Shown: positions 8,484 to 17,465 of the stretch, in pieces
How positions within the stretch are numbered: position 1 is the first letter of the stretch
Layout of the letters: the number at the start of each line of letters is the position of its first letter
Origin: Candidatus Hadarchaeales archaeon
GTDB taxonomy: Archaea; Hadarchaeota; Hadarchaeia; Hadarchaeales; JAWBSP01
Direction: 5' to 3'
DNA length: 64,000 bases
NCBI GenBank assembly: GCA_038842485.1
Contig: JAWBSP010000001.1
Coordinates: 20,269 to 84,268, forward strand
Translations under genes and position numbers: made by a program
Notes under the pieces: model-generated
The model's input: only the letters and a program-made list of their open reading frames with translations
Told to the model about the DNA's origin: nothing
Database searches by the model: none

Positions 8484-9991
8484 GGGATCCACCTCCTGAT
8501 TGAGAAGAAAAGAGAGGCAAGGAGAACTAAGACGGTAATGATCTCCAATCTCCCCGCCCACATGAGGAAGATGTATGTGAGCTTCAGGGCAGCAGGCATG
8601 GAGGGTGAAGTGATTCCACAGCTCAGCCCCGTGTTGCTGAGAGCCGAGGCGCTCTCAAACATGGCGCCTTGAAGGGGGTATCCAAAGGCCGCCGTTATCA
8701 TCGTTCCAATCCCAAAAAGAATGAGATAGGATAGGAGCACGAGTGTGGCTCCCCTTATCATGGTCTCCGTTATTGGGTTTTCACCCAAATGATAGTATCT
8801 CTCCCCCGTTACTGCTGAGCTGGGTAGGAAGACCCTCCTCACCTCCAGCAGGAGAGATTTGAACAATATTCCTATTCTTATCCCTTTCACACCACCGGAG
8901 GTGGAGTTCGCTGATCCACCAACTATCATTAGCAGCGAGAGCAGGAAAAGAACGGGAACCGGCCAGAGAAAGAGGAGGAAGGAGGAGGGTACGGTCTGGA
9001 AACCGGTTGTAGTCTGAGCGGATAAGAGCTGGAAGAGGCCCTTCCTGAAGAGAAGGGAGGGGGAGGAGTACAGGCGGGAGAGGGGGAGGGCGGTGAGGAT
9101 CAGCCCGGTGAGCGTGGCGAAGAGAAAGAACCTCACCTCGATATCTCTAAGCATCTCCCCTCTTTTTCCGGTGAACGCTGCATAGTGCAGGTTGAAGTTG
9201 AGGGATCCCAAAATCATCAGTATTAGGGCCACGGTTTCCACCGCTGGGCTGTGGTAGTAGAGAAGGTTCTGGGAGCGCGTGCTGAACCCTCCCGTCGCGT
9301 AGGCGGTCATGCTGTGATTAAGGCCGTCAAAGAAGGACTCGCCAAGCCCCTGCCCAGCACTTAGGCCAGCGAGAGTGAAGAGAACGGTTCCAAGAGCTAG
9401 GAAGGTCACTGCAATGCCGAATATCCTTCTGGAGGTTCTCACCACGCTGGGTCTTATCCCTGCCTCCCTGGTTTCCCCCCTGAAGAGAAGAAAGGAGCTG
9501 ATGTGTGTCCTTCCAAAAATGCAGAGGGAAATCACCACGATTCCTATACCATCCCCGACGAACTGGAGGAGGTGTCTGAAGAAGTTGATGCTCTTGGGAA
9601 GAAGTTCCGGCCTAGTGGTTACGGTGAGTCCGGTACCCGTGAACCCGCTGGCTCCCTCGAACAGGGAGTCGAGATAGGAGTGGTATCCTCCTCCAAGCCA
9701 AAGCGGGATGGAACCGATCAGTGGGGCTAGGAGCCAGAGGAGGGCCGTGACCAAGAGGGCATGTTTTAACTCCATCTCTCGGTCGGTGTAGAAAAAGTGC
9801 TCCAGAAGGGAACTGAAGAGCACCGCGAACGAGAGCCCAGCGAGAAAGACAGGGATCACCTCGAGCTCAGAGCAAGCACAGGCAACCGCAATGGGGGGAA
9901 TCAGCAGAAGGCTCAGGGCGCGCGAGAACCTGCCCAAATTGAACCCCACGATTTTGAAATCCTGTAGGGAGAGGAAAATCAACTCAGACAC
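8480..9991 (-). CDS. trkH: Trk-type K+ uptake membrane protein TrkH
   Basis: Polytopic membrane protein with repeated pore-loop motifs (TGFST, ATGG). GTG start. Confidence 0.9.
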   Translation of the reverse strand: MSELIFLSLQDFKIVGFNLGRFSRALSLLLIPPIAVACACSELEVIPVFLAGLSFAVLFSSLLEHFFYTDREMELKHALLVTALLWLLAPLIGSIPLWLGGGYHSYLDSLFEGASGFTGTGLTVTTRPELLPKSINFFRHLLQFVGDGIGIVVISLCIFGRTHISSFLLFRGETREAGIRPSVVRTSRRIFGIAVTFLALGTVLFTLAGLSAGQGLGESFFDGLNHSMTAYATGGFSTRSQNLLYYHSPAVETVALILMILGSLNFNLHYAAFTGKRGEMLRDIEVRFFLFATLTGLILTALPLSRLYSSPSLLFRKGLFQLLSAQTTTGFQTVPSSFLLFLWPVPVLFLLSLLMIVGGSANSTSGGVKGIRIGILFKSLLLEVRRVFLPSSAVTGERYYHLGENPITETMIRGATLVLLSYLILFGIGTMITAAFGYPLQGAMFESASALSNTGLSCGITSPSMPAALKLTYIFLMWAGRLEIITVLVLLASLFFSIRRWIP

Positions 9992-10124
9992 CCCAACCTA
10001 TGAGATAGCACAGGAGGAGGCCGGCCGCTAGGATAAGGAGGGCCAATCCTATCTCCTCTGCCATTCCCACTAGGAAGTCAAAGCTCCTTTTAAGCTCTTT
10101 CAGGTTCAGCCTCCTGGGAGCCAT
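9984..10124 (-). CDS. small membrane protein (46 aa) between trkA and trkH
   Basis: ATG at 10124. Product MAPRRLNLKELKRSFDFLVGMAEEIGLALLILAAGLLLCYLIGWGV. Its stop overlaps the trkH GTG start by 8 nt. Confidence 0.3.
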   Translation of the reverse strand: MAPRRLNLKELKRSFDFLVGMAEEIGLALLILAAGLLLCYLIGWGV

Positions 10125-10164
10125 CAAAACCCACCCCCTATTTCTTTAACGCGTGAGCTTAGGG

Positions 10165-10833
10165 TTATTTGGTGAAAAGTTTGAGGGCCCCCCTTATAGC
10201 CTCCTCCTCTCCTATAAGAGCGACTACATCCCCCCTCTTTAGGACAGTCTTCCCGTGTGGAATGATAATGGTCCTTCCACGATAGATTGCCCCTATCACA
10301 CAGTTCTTGGGCAGCTCCAAGTCCTTTATCAGCTTCCCCTCGGCTGGGCAGCCGCCCTGTATAGTGGTTTCCACTGCGCGGGTGAGAGTTCCAGAGGTCA
10401 GAATGGAGACAGTGCCAGGGAGTGAAATCGCATTCTCTAGGACGAAGGCCGAGACGTGGGAAGGGCTGAAGACGAAGTCTATGCCCGTCTCTTGGGCCGT
10501 CTTTGTCATCTCAGGGTTTTCGACCCTCGCAAGGGTGAGGGGAACCTGAAACATGTGCTTGGCCAAATGGCAGGCGACTATGTTGTGGCTGTCGTCCCCG
10601 GTCACGCCTGCGAAGGCATCCGCTTGTCTCGCACCTGCGTCCTCCAAGATTTTAGGAGAGGTGCAGTCGCCATTGATGACGAGTGCATTCAGACTGGAGG
10701 CTATTCTTTCGCAAACCTCCTTATCCCTCTCCACGATGGCTACATCCAATTTCTTTTCAAGCAAGAGCTGTGCCAGCCTATAGCCTACCCTCCCTCCCCC
10801 CCCGATGATGACGTATTTTGGCGGTTTTCTCAT
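10165..10833 (-). CDS. trkA: Trk system NAD-binding protein TrkA
   Basis: Rossmann fold GGGGRVGYRLAQ followed by a TrkA-C domain. Confidence 0.85.
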   Translation of the reverse strand: MRKPPKYVIIGGGGRVGYRLAQLLLEKKLDVAIVERDKEVCERIASSLNALVINGDCTSPKILEDAGARQADAFAGVTGDDSHNIVACHLAKHMFQVPLTLARVENPEMTKTAQETGIDFVFSPSHVSAFVLENAISLPGTVSILTSGTLTRAVETTIQGGCPAEGKLIKDLELPKNCVIGAIYRGRTIIIPHGKTVLKRGDVVALIGEEEAIRGALKLFTK

Positions 10834-10862
10834 GTTTTAAATTAGATGCCCCTCTTTAGAAT

Positions 10863-11879
10863 ATGTTGAGGTTTGAAAAAATCTTGGGCTCAGCTGAATT
10901 CCTCAGTCCCCTCCTCAATTTCTCCAAGGTCACGCAGGTTCTGGAGTACCGGAGGGACCCGCTCACAGGTTTCTGGTCAAGAATTAACGTGGAAAGGTCG
11001 AAAAGGGTGAAGTATTCGGTGAGAAAGGAGGAGATAGACGAGTTCATTGAGAATTCCAGAAGGAGCTGTTTCTTTTGTCCAGAACACATCGAAAATTCAA
11101 CCCCAAAGTTCAGCTTCGGCGGGGGGAGAATTAAAGTGGGGGAAGCCACGGTTTTCCCCAACCTTTTTCCCTTTGGGGATCATCACGCGGTAGTTTCCCT
11201 CTCTACCGAGCACTTCCTCTATCCCGCCCAGTTCCAGCCAAAAATCATAGCGGATGGTTTCAGGGCGAGCTTAGAGTTTTTCAGGGGGGTTTTGAAAAGG
11301 GATCCCGAGAGCCAGTTCTGCCACCTCAACTGGAACTTTCTCCCTCCCGCCGCTGCTAGCGTAGTTCATCCCCACTTCCAGATACTGGCGGACAGGAAAC
11401 CCACCTCCTACTTAGCTCTCATGCTGGAGAAGAGCAGAGAGTACGCTCGGAATGGCTCCAATTACTGGCTGGACTTGCTGAGGGAGGAGGAGGCTAGGGG
11501 TGAGAGGTTCATCTGGGGAAACGATGTCCTAGGTTGTTTGGCTAGCTTCTCCCCACAAGCCAACAACGAGATCCTTCTGGTGTTCAGGAGGATTTCCTCT
11601 CTCTTGGAGATGGAGGAGAGGGAGGTAGAGGAAGTCGCTCTCGCCGTGACCAAGGTCGTTCGGAGGTATGGAGAGATGGGGATAGACAGCTTCAATATGA
11701 CCACCTTTTCCGGCCCACCGGGGGCGGAGTACTATAGGCTCAATGTGAAGCTGGTCTCCAGGCCGAACCTCAGACACCTCTACATCACCGACGCTGGTTT
11801 CATGGAGAGGCTGCACTACGAGCCAGTTATAGAAACCCTGCCGGAGGAAGTGGCATCCAAGTTCAGGTCAGCGTTTTGA
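10863..11879 (+). CDS. GalT-like nucleotidyltransferase (HIT superfamily)
   Basis: Zn site CFFCPEHIE and an HPHFQ (HxHxQ) motif. Confidence 0.6.
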   Translation: MLRFEKILGSAEFLSPLLNFSKVTQVLEYRRDPLTGFWSRINVERSKRVKYSVRKEEIDEFIENSRRSCFFCPEHIENSTPKFSFGGGRIKVGEATVFPNLFPFGDHHAVVSLSTEHFLYPAQFQPKIIADGFRASLEFFRGVLKRDPESQFCHLNWNFLPPAAASVVHPHFQILADRKPTSYLALMLEKSREYARNGSNYWLDLLREEEARGERFIWGNDVLGCLASFSPQANNEILLVFRRISSLLEMEEREVEEVALAVTKVVRRYGEMGIDSFNMTTFSGPPGAEYYRLNVKLVSRPNLRHLYITDAGFMERLHYEPVIETLPEEVASKFRSAF

Positions 11880-12488
11880 GAGGAGGGGGGCAATCAGTTT
11901 TCTGATTTCTTCCTCCAGCCGAGCTGGTTCTTGGCAGGCATCGAGGATGGGAAGGCCCTCTCTCCTGAAAAGCCTCAGGTAGTTCTCCCTTACCCTCTCC
12001 TGAAACTCTCGGTCAGCCTCGAACCTGTCAAGTTTTTTCCCCCTCATTCGTTTCATGGCCACCTCCACTGGGATGTCGAGCAGTATCACTAGGTCGGGCC
12101 TCTGGAAGTGCTTGTTGAGTTCCCTCACCACCTCCTCTGGCACCCCTCTAGCTGGCTGATAGGCGAGCGAGGAGTGGATGTATCTTTCGCAGATGACGAT
12201 TTTGCCATCCGCGAGGGCAGGTTTCACTTCCTCTTCTAGGTGTTGGTTTCTGTCGGCGGCAAATAGCATGGCCTCGGTGAGAGGCGAGAACTTCACCCTA
12301 CCTTTTATCATCTCCCGGAGTAATCTGCCCACTGGTCCATTCGTGGGCTCGGCAGTTAGAAGCACCTTCTTTCCAATAGAGTTCAACCAACGGGAGATCG
12401 CCTTAGATTGCGTGCTCTTCCCACATCCGTCCAGCCCCTCCAAACAGACGAAGATTTCCCTCATAGCTTGGTGGGGATGGGTACGCAC
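11868..12488 (-). CDS. tmk: thymidylate kinase
   Basis: P-loop LEGLDGCGKSTQ and LID region. Confidence 0.9.
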   Translation of the reverse strand: MRTHPHQAMREIFVCLEGLDGCGKSTQSKAISRWLNSIGKKVLLTAEPTNGPVGRLLREMIKGRVKFSPLTEAMLFAADRNQHLEEEVKPALADGKIVICERYIHSSLAYQPARGVPEEVVRELNKHFQRPDLVILLDIPVEVAMKRMRGKKLDRFEADREFQERVRENYLRLFRREGLPILDACQEPARLEEEIRKLIAPLLSKR

Positions 12489-13591
12489 AATATCAGAATG
12501 GTGAGAGCAACCGCCGCCATGATCCTGTATTTTCGTGAAACTTCAGAGACGTCATCGAGGGCCCCAGGATGTTTGGAGCTGAAGGCGAGTAAGATAATCA
12601 AACCCCACAGCCAGAGCGGGTACTCAGGGAGAAAGAAGCCCAAGAAAAGGAGCGAAAACCCCAGCAGGCGCGTGAGCCTGTAATGCTGGTTTGCGCTCAT
12701 GAGTCCCCGGAGGATGTGTCCGCCATCGAGCTGTCCCGCTGGCAGGAGGTTTAAGGCGGTGACTATCATCATCGACCAGCCGGAGAGGAGGAGAGGGTTG
12801 AGCCTGAAGCTGAGATCTTTTAGAGGGAGGAGAAAGGCAGGAACGAGCGGGAAGGGAAAGCCACCCACCGAAAACCTGAGCTGGATCATGCCCAAGATTG
12901 TTGCGGAGAGGGCTAGGAGGAACCCTAGGAGGGGGCCTAGGAAACCCATCTCGATGAGGGCCTCTTTGGTTCTTATCGGTTTTTTTATCTTTATCAGGGC
13001 CCCAAAAGTTCCCAAAAAGAAGGGGGAGGGAAGAAAGTATGGGTTCGAGATTTCCACATTGTTTCTTTTGGCCGCCAGCCGGTGTCCCGCCTCGTGGGCC
13101 CCTAGGATGGCAAGCAGGGTAGAGGAGAAGACTAGGGCCTCTGTTAGGTTTCCAAACAAGTACAGGCCGGCCAGCATTGTGCTGCAGGCGGTGGCGAGGA
13201 GAAGGAGGAGGTTTACCCAGAGCTTTTCCCCTGGGATGGGGGGGAGTTTGGCGGCGAGGAGCCTTATCCCTCCTCCCGCCTTCCTCATGGCGACAATGTA
13301 TCCCTTGGAGTCCAGCTCCTCAGATAGGGAGAGAAAGGAGGTTTTGGGGTCCCGGGTTTCTACCTCGGCTTCCAGCTCCTTGTCTGTTCCCACAAAGTCG
13401 AAGACCTCGAACCTTTTGGAGATGGATTCCAGCATCTCGCGTAACGCCTCTGGAACCTCACCAGATGACACCACGACATCCCCGCCACAACGGCAGTTTC
13501 CTTCAAGCAGCTCCCCAAACCCCAGCGACGACATCCGGTATTCTGAGCGTCCGCAGGCCAAGCAGGTGAACTTAGCGACCGGGAGGTTCAT
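12461..13591 (-). CDS. site-2 protease family (M50) zinc metalloprotease with N-terminal zinc ribbon
   Basis: HEAGHRLAAK (HExxH) and NLLPAGQLDGGH (LDG motif). N-terminal CxxC…C…C. Multiple TM helices. Confidence 0.75.
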   Translation of the reverse strand: MNLPVAKFTCLACGRSEYRMSSLGFGELLEGNCRCGGDVVVSSGEVPEALREMLESISKRFEVFDFVGTDKELEAEVETRDPKTSFLSLSEELDSKGYIVAMRKAGGGIRLLAAKLPPIPGEKLWVNLLLLLATACSTMLAGLYLFGNLTEALVFSSTLLAILGAHEAGHRLAAKRNNVEISNPYFLPSPFFLGTFGALIKIKKPIRTKEALIEMGFLGPLLGFLLALSATILGMIQLRFSVGGFPFPLVPAFLLPLKDLSFRLNPLLLSGWSMMIVTALNLLPAGQLDGGHILRGLMSANQHYRLTRLLGFSLLFLGFFLPEYPLWLWGLIILLAFSSKHPGALDDVSEVSRKYRIMAAVALTILILCVPIPTKL

Positions 13592-14198
13592 TCCCCCACC
13601 TCTGATAGAGTTCGTGGGTTAGCCCCAGTACCTCCAAGATTTTCCCAACCACAAAGTCGATGAGGTCCTGCACGCTCTTCGGGTGGTGATAGAAGCCAGG
13701 GCATGCGGGCAAGATAACTGCACCGGCCCTTCCAAGACGTAGCATGTTTTCGAGGTGAATCTGGTTGAGGGGTGTCTCTCTGGGGACCAAGATCAGTTTC
13801 CTTCCTTGTTTAAGGGTGACCTCAGCCGCTCTCGTGATCAGGTTGTTCGAGATCCCGTTGGCAATGCAGGCGAGTGTCTTCATGCTACAAGGAACTATCA
13901 CCATGCCGTCTGTTGGATAGGAACCGCTGGAGAGAGGGGAGAGGAGATCGTCTTGGGAATAGGAGCGGGTAGCCAGCGCCTTCACTTCTTCGAGCATTCT
14001 CCCCGTTTCCAGCTTGAGAATTTTCTCAGCCATTCTCGAAATGATGAGGTCGGTTTCCACTCCCAGCTCACGGAGAACCTCGAGGGTTCTCACCCCGTAT
14101 GCCACCCCACTGGATCCTGTTATAGCAAGGACTAGATGCACATCAACCTTAGCCGAAAAGACTATAAGCACTGCAGCTCTCGGGGTTGACTCAAACAT
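13572..14198 (-). CDS. ubiX: UbiX/Pad1-family flavin prenyltransferase
   Basis: Flavoprotein motif LVLAITGSSGVAYGVRTLEVL, ~200 aa. Confidence 0.8.
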   Translation of the reverse strand: MFESTPRAAVLIVFSAKVDVHLVLAITGSSGVAYGVRTLEVLRELGVETDLIISRMAEKILKLETGRMLEEVKALATRSYSQDDLLSPLSSGSYPTDGMVIVPCSMKTLACIANGISNNLITRAAEVTLKQGRKLILVPRETPLNQIHLENMLRLGRAGAVILPACPGFYHHPKSVQDLIDFVVGKILEVLGLTHELYQRWGNEPPGR

Positions 14199-14234
14199 TG
14201 AGACGCGGATATTTTTACTCTTGGGTTATCTTAG

Positions 14235-16088
14235 ATGCGGCTTCTGCTCATTCACGCTGATTACCTCGAATTTGAGGTAAAGGAGCCCACGCCAGCGGCC
14301 GAGAAAGTGGAGGAAAAGAGTGGCAGATTCGACGAGGTCTTGGTGGTGTTTGCTACCGCGGAGGAGAGGGATGAGGCAAACCCAGTGGCGGTAGCCGAGA
14401 AGGCGGCGGAGGAGATCGAGGAGGTGATGAGGAGGGTGAAGGCCGAGAGAATAGTTCTCTACCCCTACGCACATCTGAGCTCCTCACTGGCTACTCCCGC
14501 TGAGGCTCTCCGGATTCTCGAACTCACGAAGGAGAAGCTTGTCTCGAAGGGATTCGAAGTTGCACGCCTCCCGTTCGGCTGGTACAAGGCTTTCGCACTT
14601 AGGTGCAAGGGGCATCCTTTAAGTGAGCTCTCCAAGGAAATTCTTCCGGAGGGTGAGGAGAAGCTATTACCCCCACCTAAGGTTCCAAGCGAGCTCCTTC
14701 TTCTCGAGCCCGATGGGAAGGAACACCGAATCGATCTGAGGAGGTTGGATGTTGAACCTCTCAGGAACTACCCAGAGGTGAGACAATTCCTACGCAGCGA
14801 GGAGCTAGGGGAAAGAAGCGGGAAGGAGATGGCTCACCTCAAACTGATGAGGCGGCTGGAGCTGGTGGACTACGAGCCAGCTAGTGACGTGGGGCACTTC
14901 AGATTTTATCCCAATGGTCTGCTGATAAAGGAGCTACTGCAGGATCTGGCCATCCATCTGGCTCACGAGCTGGGAGCCATGAGGGTGGAAACCCCCCTGA
15001 TGTACAGAGAGAGCGAGCCCGACATCGCCGAGCAGGCCTCCCGCTTCCACCAGAGGGATTATAGGATAAGACTTCCAAATTACTCTCTCCTTCTTCGCTT
15101 CGCTGGGGATTTTGGTCTCTTCAAGATGATGAAAAGTGCGCTGGTGAGCCACAAGCAGCTCCCCGTGAGGATCTTCGAGCTCTCCCACTCCTACAGGCTG
15201 GAGCAGAGCGGGGAGTGCGTGGGTCTGAAGAGGCTGAGGGCCTTCACTATGCCAGATTTGCACTGTTTTTGTGAGAACATGCAGCAGGCTCTCGGAGAGT
15301 ACGAACTCCTTTTTAAGAAGTATTTGGAGCTAACCCGCTCGTTGGGGGTTGAAGTTGTGGTGGTATTCAGGGTGGTCAGGGAGTTTTACGAGAAGCACAA
15401 AGAGTTCATTGTTGGGCTCCTCAAATCTGCTGGAAAGCCGGCGGTTTTGGAGGTTCTCGATCAGCCCAAGCACTACTGGGTACTGAAGCACGAGTTTCAG
15501 TTCATCGATTCAGCGGGGGGAAATGCCCAGCTGGCAACGGTCCAGCTCGACACGGAAGATTCCGCCAGGTACGGGATAGGCTTTGTGGGTCCAAATGGGA
15601 AGAAAAGTGGATTCATTATTTTGCACTCATCCATGGGCTCGATTGAGCGCTGGATTTACGCCCTGCTGGAGCAGGCTGCCAAGCACTCCCAAGCGGGGAA
15701 GGTCCCCTCGCTACCCGTTTGGCTGGCGCCTACCCAAGTGAGGCTCCTCCCGGTGACGGAAAAGTATACGGCTCAATGCCTCCGGCTAGCTGAGGTTCTC
15801 AGGCGTCGGGGACTCAGGGTGGATGTGGATGATCGGGACATAACCGTTTCCAAGAAGGTGAGGGAGGCTGAAACCGACTGGGTACCCTTTATCGTAGTGG
15901 TGGGAGAGAAGGAGCAGAAGTCACGAAAGTTAAGCGTGAGAATTAGGGGTGAGAAGGGTACTAGGTTGCTCTCCAACCAACAGCTTGTGGAGGAGGTGAG
16001 GAAGAGAATTGAAGGGATGCCCTTTAGGCCCTCCAATCTTCCTATCCTCCTCTCGAAAAGACCGATTTTCGTCTCCTCTTCACATTAG
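14235..16088 (+). CDS. thrS: threonyl-tRNA synthetase (archaeal type with N-terminal editing domain)
   Basis: Class II aaRS core plus anticodon-binding domain, 617 aa. Confidence 0.9.
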   Translation: MRLLLIHADYLEFEVKEPTPAAEKVEEKSGRFDEVLVVFATAEERDEANPVAVAEKAAEEIEEVMRRVKAERIVLYPYAHLSSSLATPAEALRILELTKEKLVSKGFEVARLPFGWYKAFALRCKGHPLSELSKEILPEGEEKLLPPPKVPSELLLLEPDGKEHRIDLRRLDVEPLRNYPEVRQFLRSEELGERSGKEMAHLKLMRRLELVDYEPASDVGHFRFYPNGLLIKELLQDLAIHLAHELGAMRVETPLMYRESEPDIAEQASRFHQRDYRIRLPNYSLLLRFAGDFGLFKMMKSALVSHKQLPVRIFELSHSYRLEQSGECVGLKRLRAFTMPDLHCFCENMQQALGEYELLFKKYLELTRSLGVEVVVVFRVVREFYEKHKEFIVGLLKSAGKPAVLEVLDQPKHYWVLKHEFQFIDSAGGNAQLATVQLDTEDSARYGIGFVGPNGKKSGFIILHSSMGSIERWIYALLEQAAKHSQAGKVPSLPVWLAPTQVRLLPVTEKYTAQCLRLAEVLRRRGLRVDVDDRDITVSKKVREAETDWVPFIVVVGEKEQKSRKLSVRIRGEKGTRLLSNQQLVEEVRKRIEGMPFRPSNLPILLSKRPIFVSSSH

Positions 16089-16229
16089 TCAATCCAGCTG
16101 GAACCGTGGAGTTTAGGGGCTGCACGCATAGCGTTCCACACCTGATTGGCTCTATGTATTGTGAAATCCTAACGTCATGTTTGCTCGAAGGATTGTGCAG
16201 AAACGCTTTAATTTGCTCTTTCTTCCGAT

Positions 16230-16514
16230 TTGATGCAGAATTGGTCGTGGCCACCTCCACCGTTGGAAGAAGAAGAGGAGGAAGAGGAGGTGGAGTGGGC
16301 AGATGAAGTGAGGCTGCAGGTTATTGAGTTCCTTCTGAGGAGATACGGGAATCTTGCTCCAAACGACATTGCGAAAGCATTAGGATGGAAGGTGAAGGAA
16401 GTCAGGGAGCTGCTGGTTCAGCTTGAGCATTCTGGCAAGGCGGAGAGAATCAAATTAGGAAAAAGACAGGTCTGGGCCTACCGTGAAACTGTCCCAACTC
16501 TAATGTACTACTAG
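16230..16514 (+). CDS. small acidic winged-helix-like protein
   Basis: Poly-Glu run EEEEEEEE then a wHTH-like segment LVQLEHSGKAERIKLGKRQVWAY. Confidence 0.3.
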   Translation: MMQNWSWPPPPLEEEEEEEEVEWADEVRLQVIEFLLRRYGNLAPNDIAKALGWKVKEVRELLVQLEHSGKAERIKLGKRQVWAYRETVPTLMYY

Positions 16515-16524
16515 TCAATTTCTG

Positions 16525-16965
16525 ATGAAACCAGTGAGGATGGTTGACGTTTCCGAGAAGGGAGAGACCACTCGTTTGGCAGTGGCAGAAGGGAAAATCC
16601 GCCTCAGGCAGGACACCTTGAGGGCGGTGAGGGAGAAAAAGGTAGAAAAGGGGGATGTACTAACGGCGGCAGGACTCGCAGCCTTGAACGCGGTCAAAAG
16701 AACTTCGGAGATACTCTTTCATTGTCATCCACTGGAGCTCACCTCCGTGGAACCACGCTTCAGATTTCTGGAGGATGGGATTCAGGTTTCGGTTGAGGTC
16801 AAGGCCGTTGGGAAGACAGGAGTGGAGATGGAAGCACTTGTGGGTGTCAGCGTCGCCCTGCTCACTATCTGGGACATGGTAAAGGCCTTGGAGAAGGACA
16901 GGGAAGGGCAGTATCCTTTCACCCGCATCTCGGATATAAGGGTGGTCAAGAAGGTGAAAGGTTGA
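16525..16965 (+). CDS. moaC: cyclic pyranopterin monophosphate synthase MoaC
   Basis: MoaC fold, 146 aa. Confidence 0.9.
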   Translation: MKPVRMVDVSEKGETTRLAVAEGKIRLRQDTLRAVREKKVEKGDVLTAAGLAALNAVKRTSEILFHCHPLELTSVEPRFRFLEDGIQVSVEVKAVGKTGVEMEALVGVSVALLTIWDMVKALEKDREGQYPFTRISDIRVVKKVKG

Positions 16966-17465
16966 ACTTCGAGAAGCACAGAGCGGAGGCACCCACCAAG
17001 CTCAGGATTGCGGTGGTAACCATCAGTGATAAGAGGGCGAGGGGAGTGGAGGAGGATATTTCAGGAAAACTCCTTCAGGAAGGGCTAGAAAAAGAGGGCT
17101 TCACCGTGAGTAGGCATCTGCTCCCCAACGAAAGTGAGAGGATAGCTTCACTCGTGAGGGAGCTACTGGATCATCAGGACGTGGATGCTATCATCACCAT
17201 TGGTGGAACCGGAATCTCCTCGAGGGATGTGACCATCGAGAGCATCAGGCCCCTTCTCCAAAAGGAGCTGCCAGGATTTGGAGAAATGCTCCGACACTTG
17301 GGATATCAGAAGGTGGGCACACCAGCGTTGCTTTCGAGGGCCTTGGCCGGCTCGGCTAAGGGAAAGCTGGTATTCTGCCTTCCCGGCGCTCCAGCAGCGG
17401 TGTCGGTAGCGCTCGAACTTCTTCTTCCCGATTTATCCCATTTAGTGAAGCATGCAAGGGAGTGA
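16962..17465 (+). CDS. moaB: molybdopterin adenylyltransferase MoaB/MogA
   Basis: GGTGISSRD motif, 167 aa. Its start overlaps the moaC stop. Confidence 0.8.
   Translation: MNFEKHRAEAPTKLRIAVVTISDKRARGVEEDISGKLLQEGLEKEGFTVSRHLLPNESERIASLVRELLDHQDVDAIITIGGTGISSRDVTIESIRPLLQKELPGFGEMLRHLGYQKVGTPALLSRALAGSAKGKLVFCLPGAPAAVSVALELLLPDLSHLVKHARE

Noticed and set aside
16255-16300. GAA/GAG microsatellite
   Set aside because: It lies in frame within the small wHTH ORF and encodes a poly-Glu tract. It is kept only as a note in the findings.
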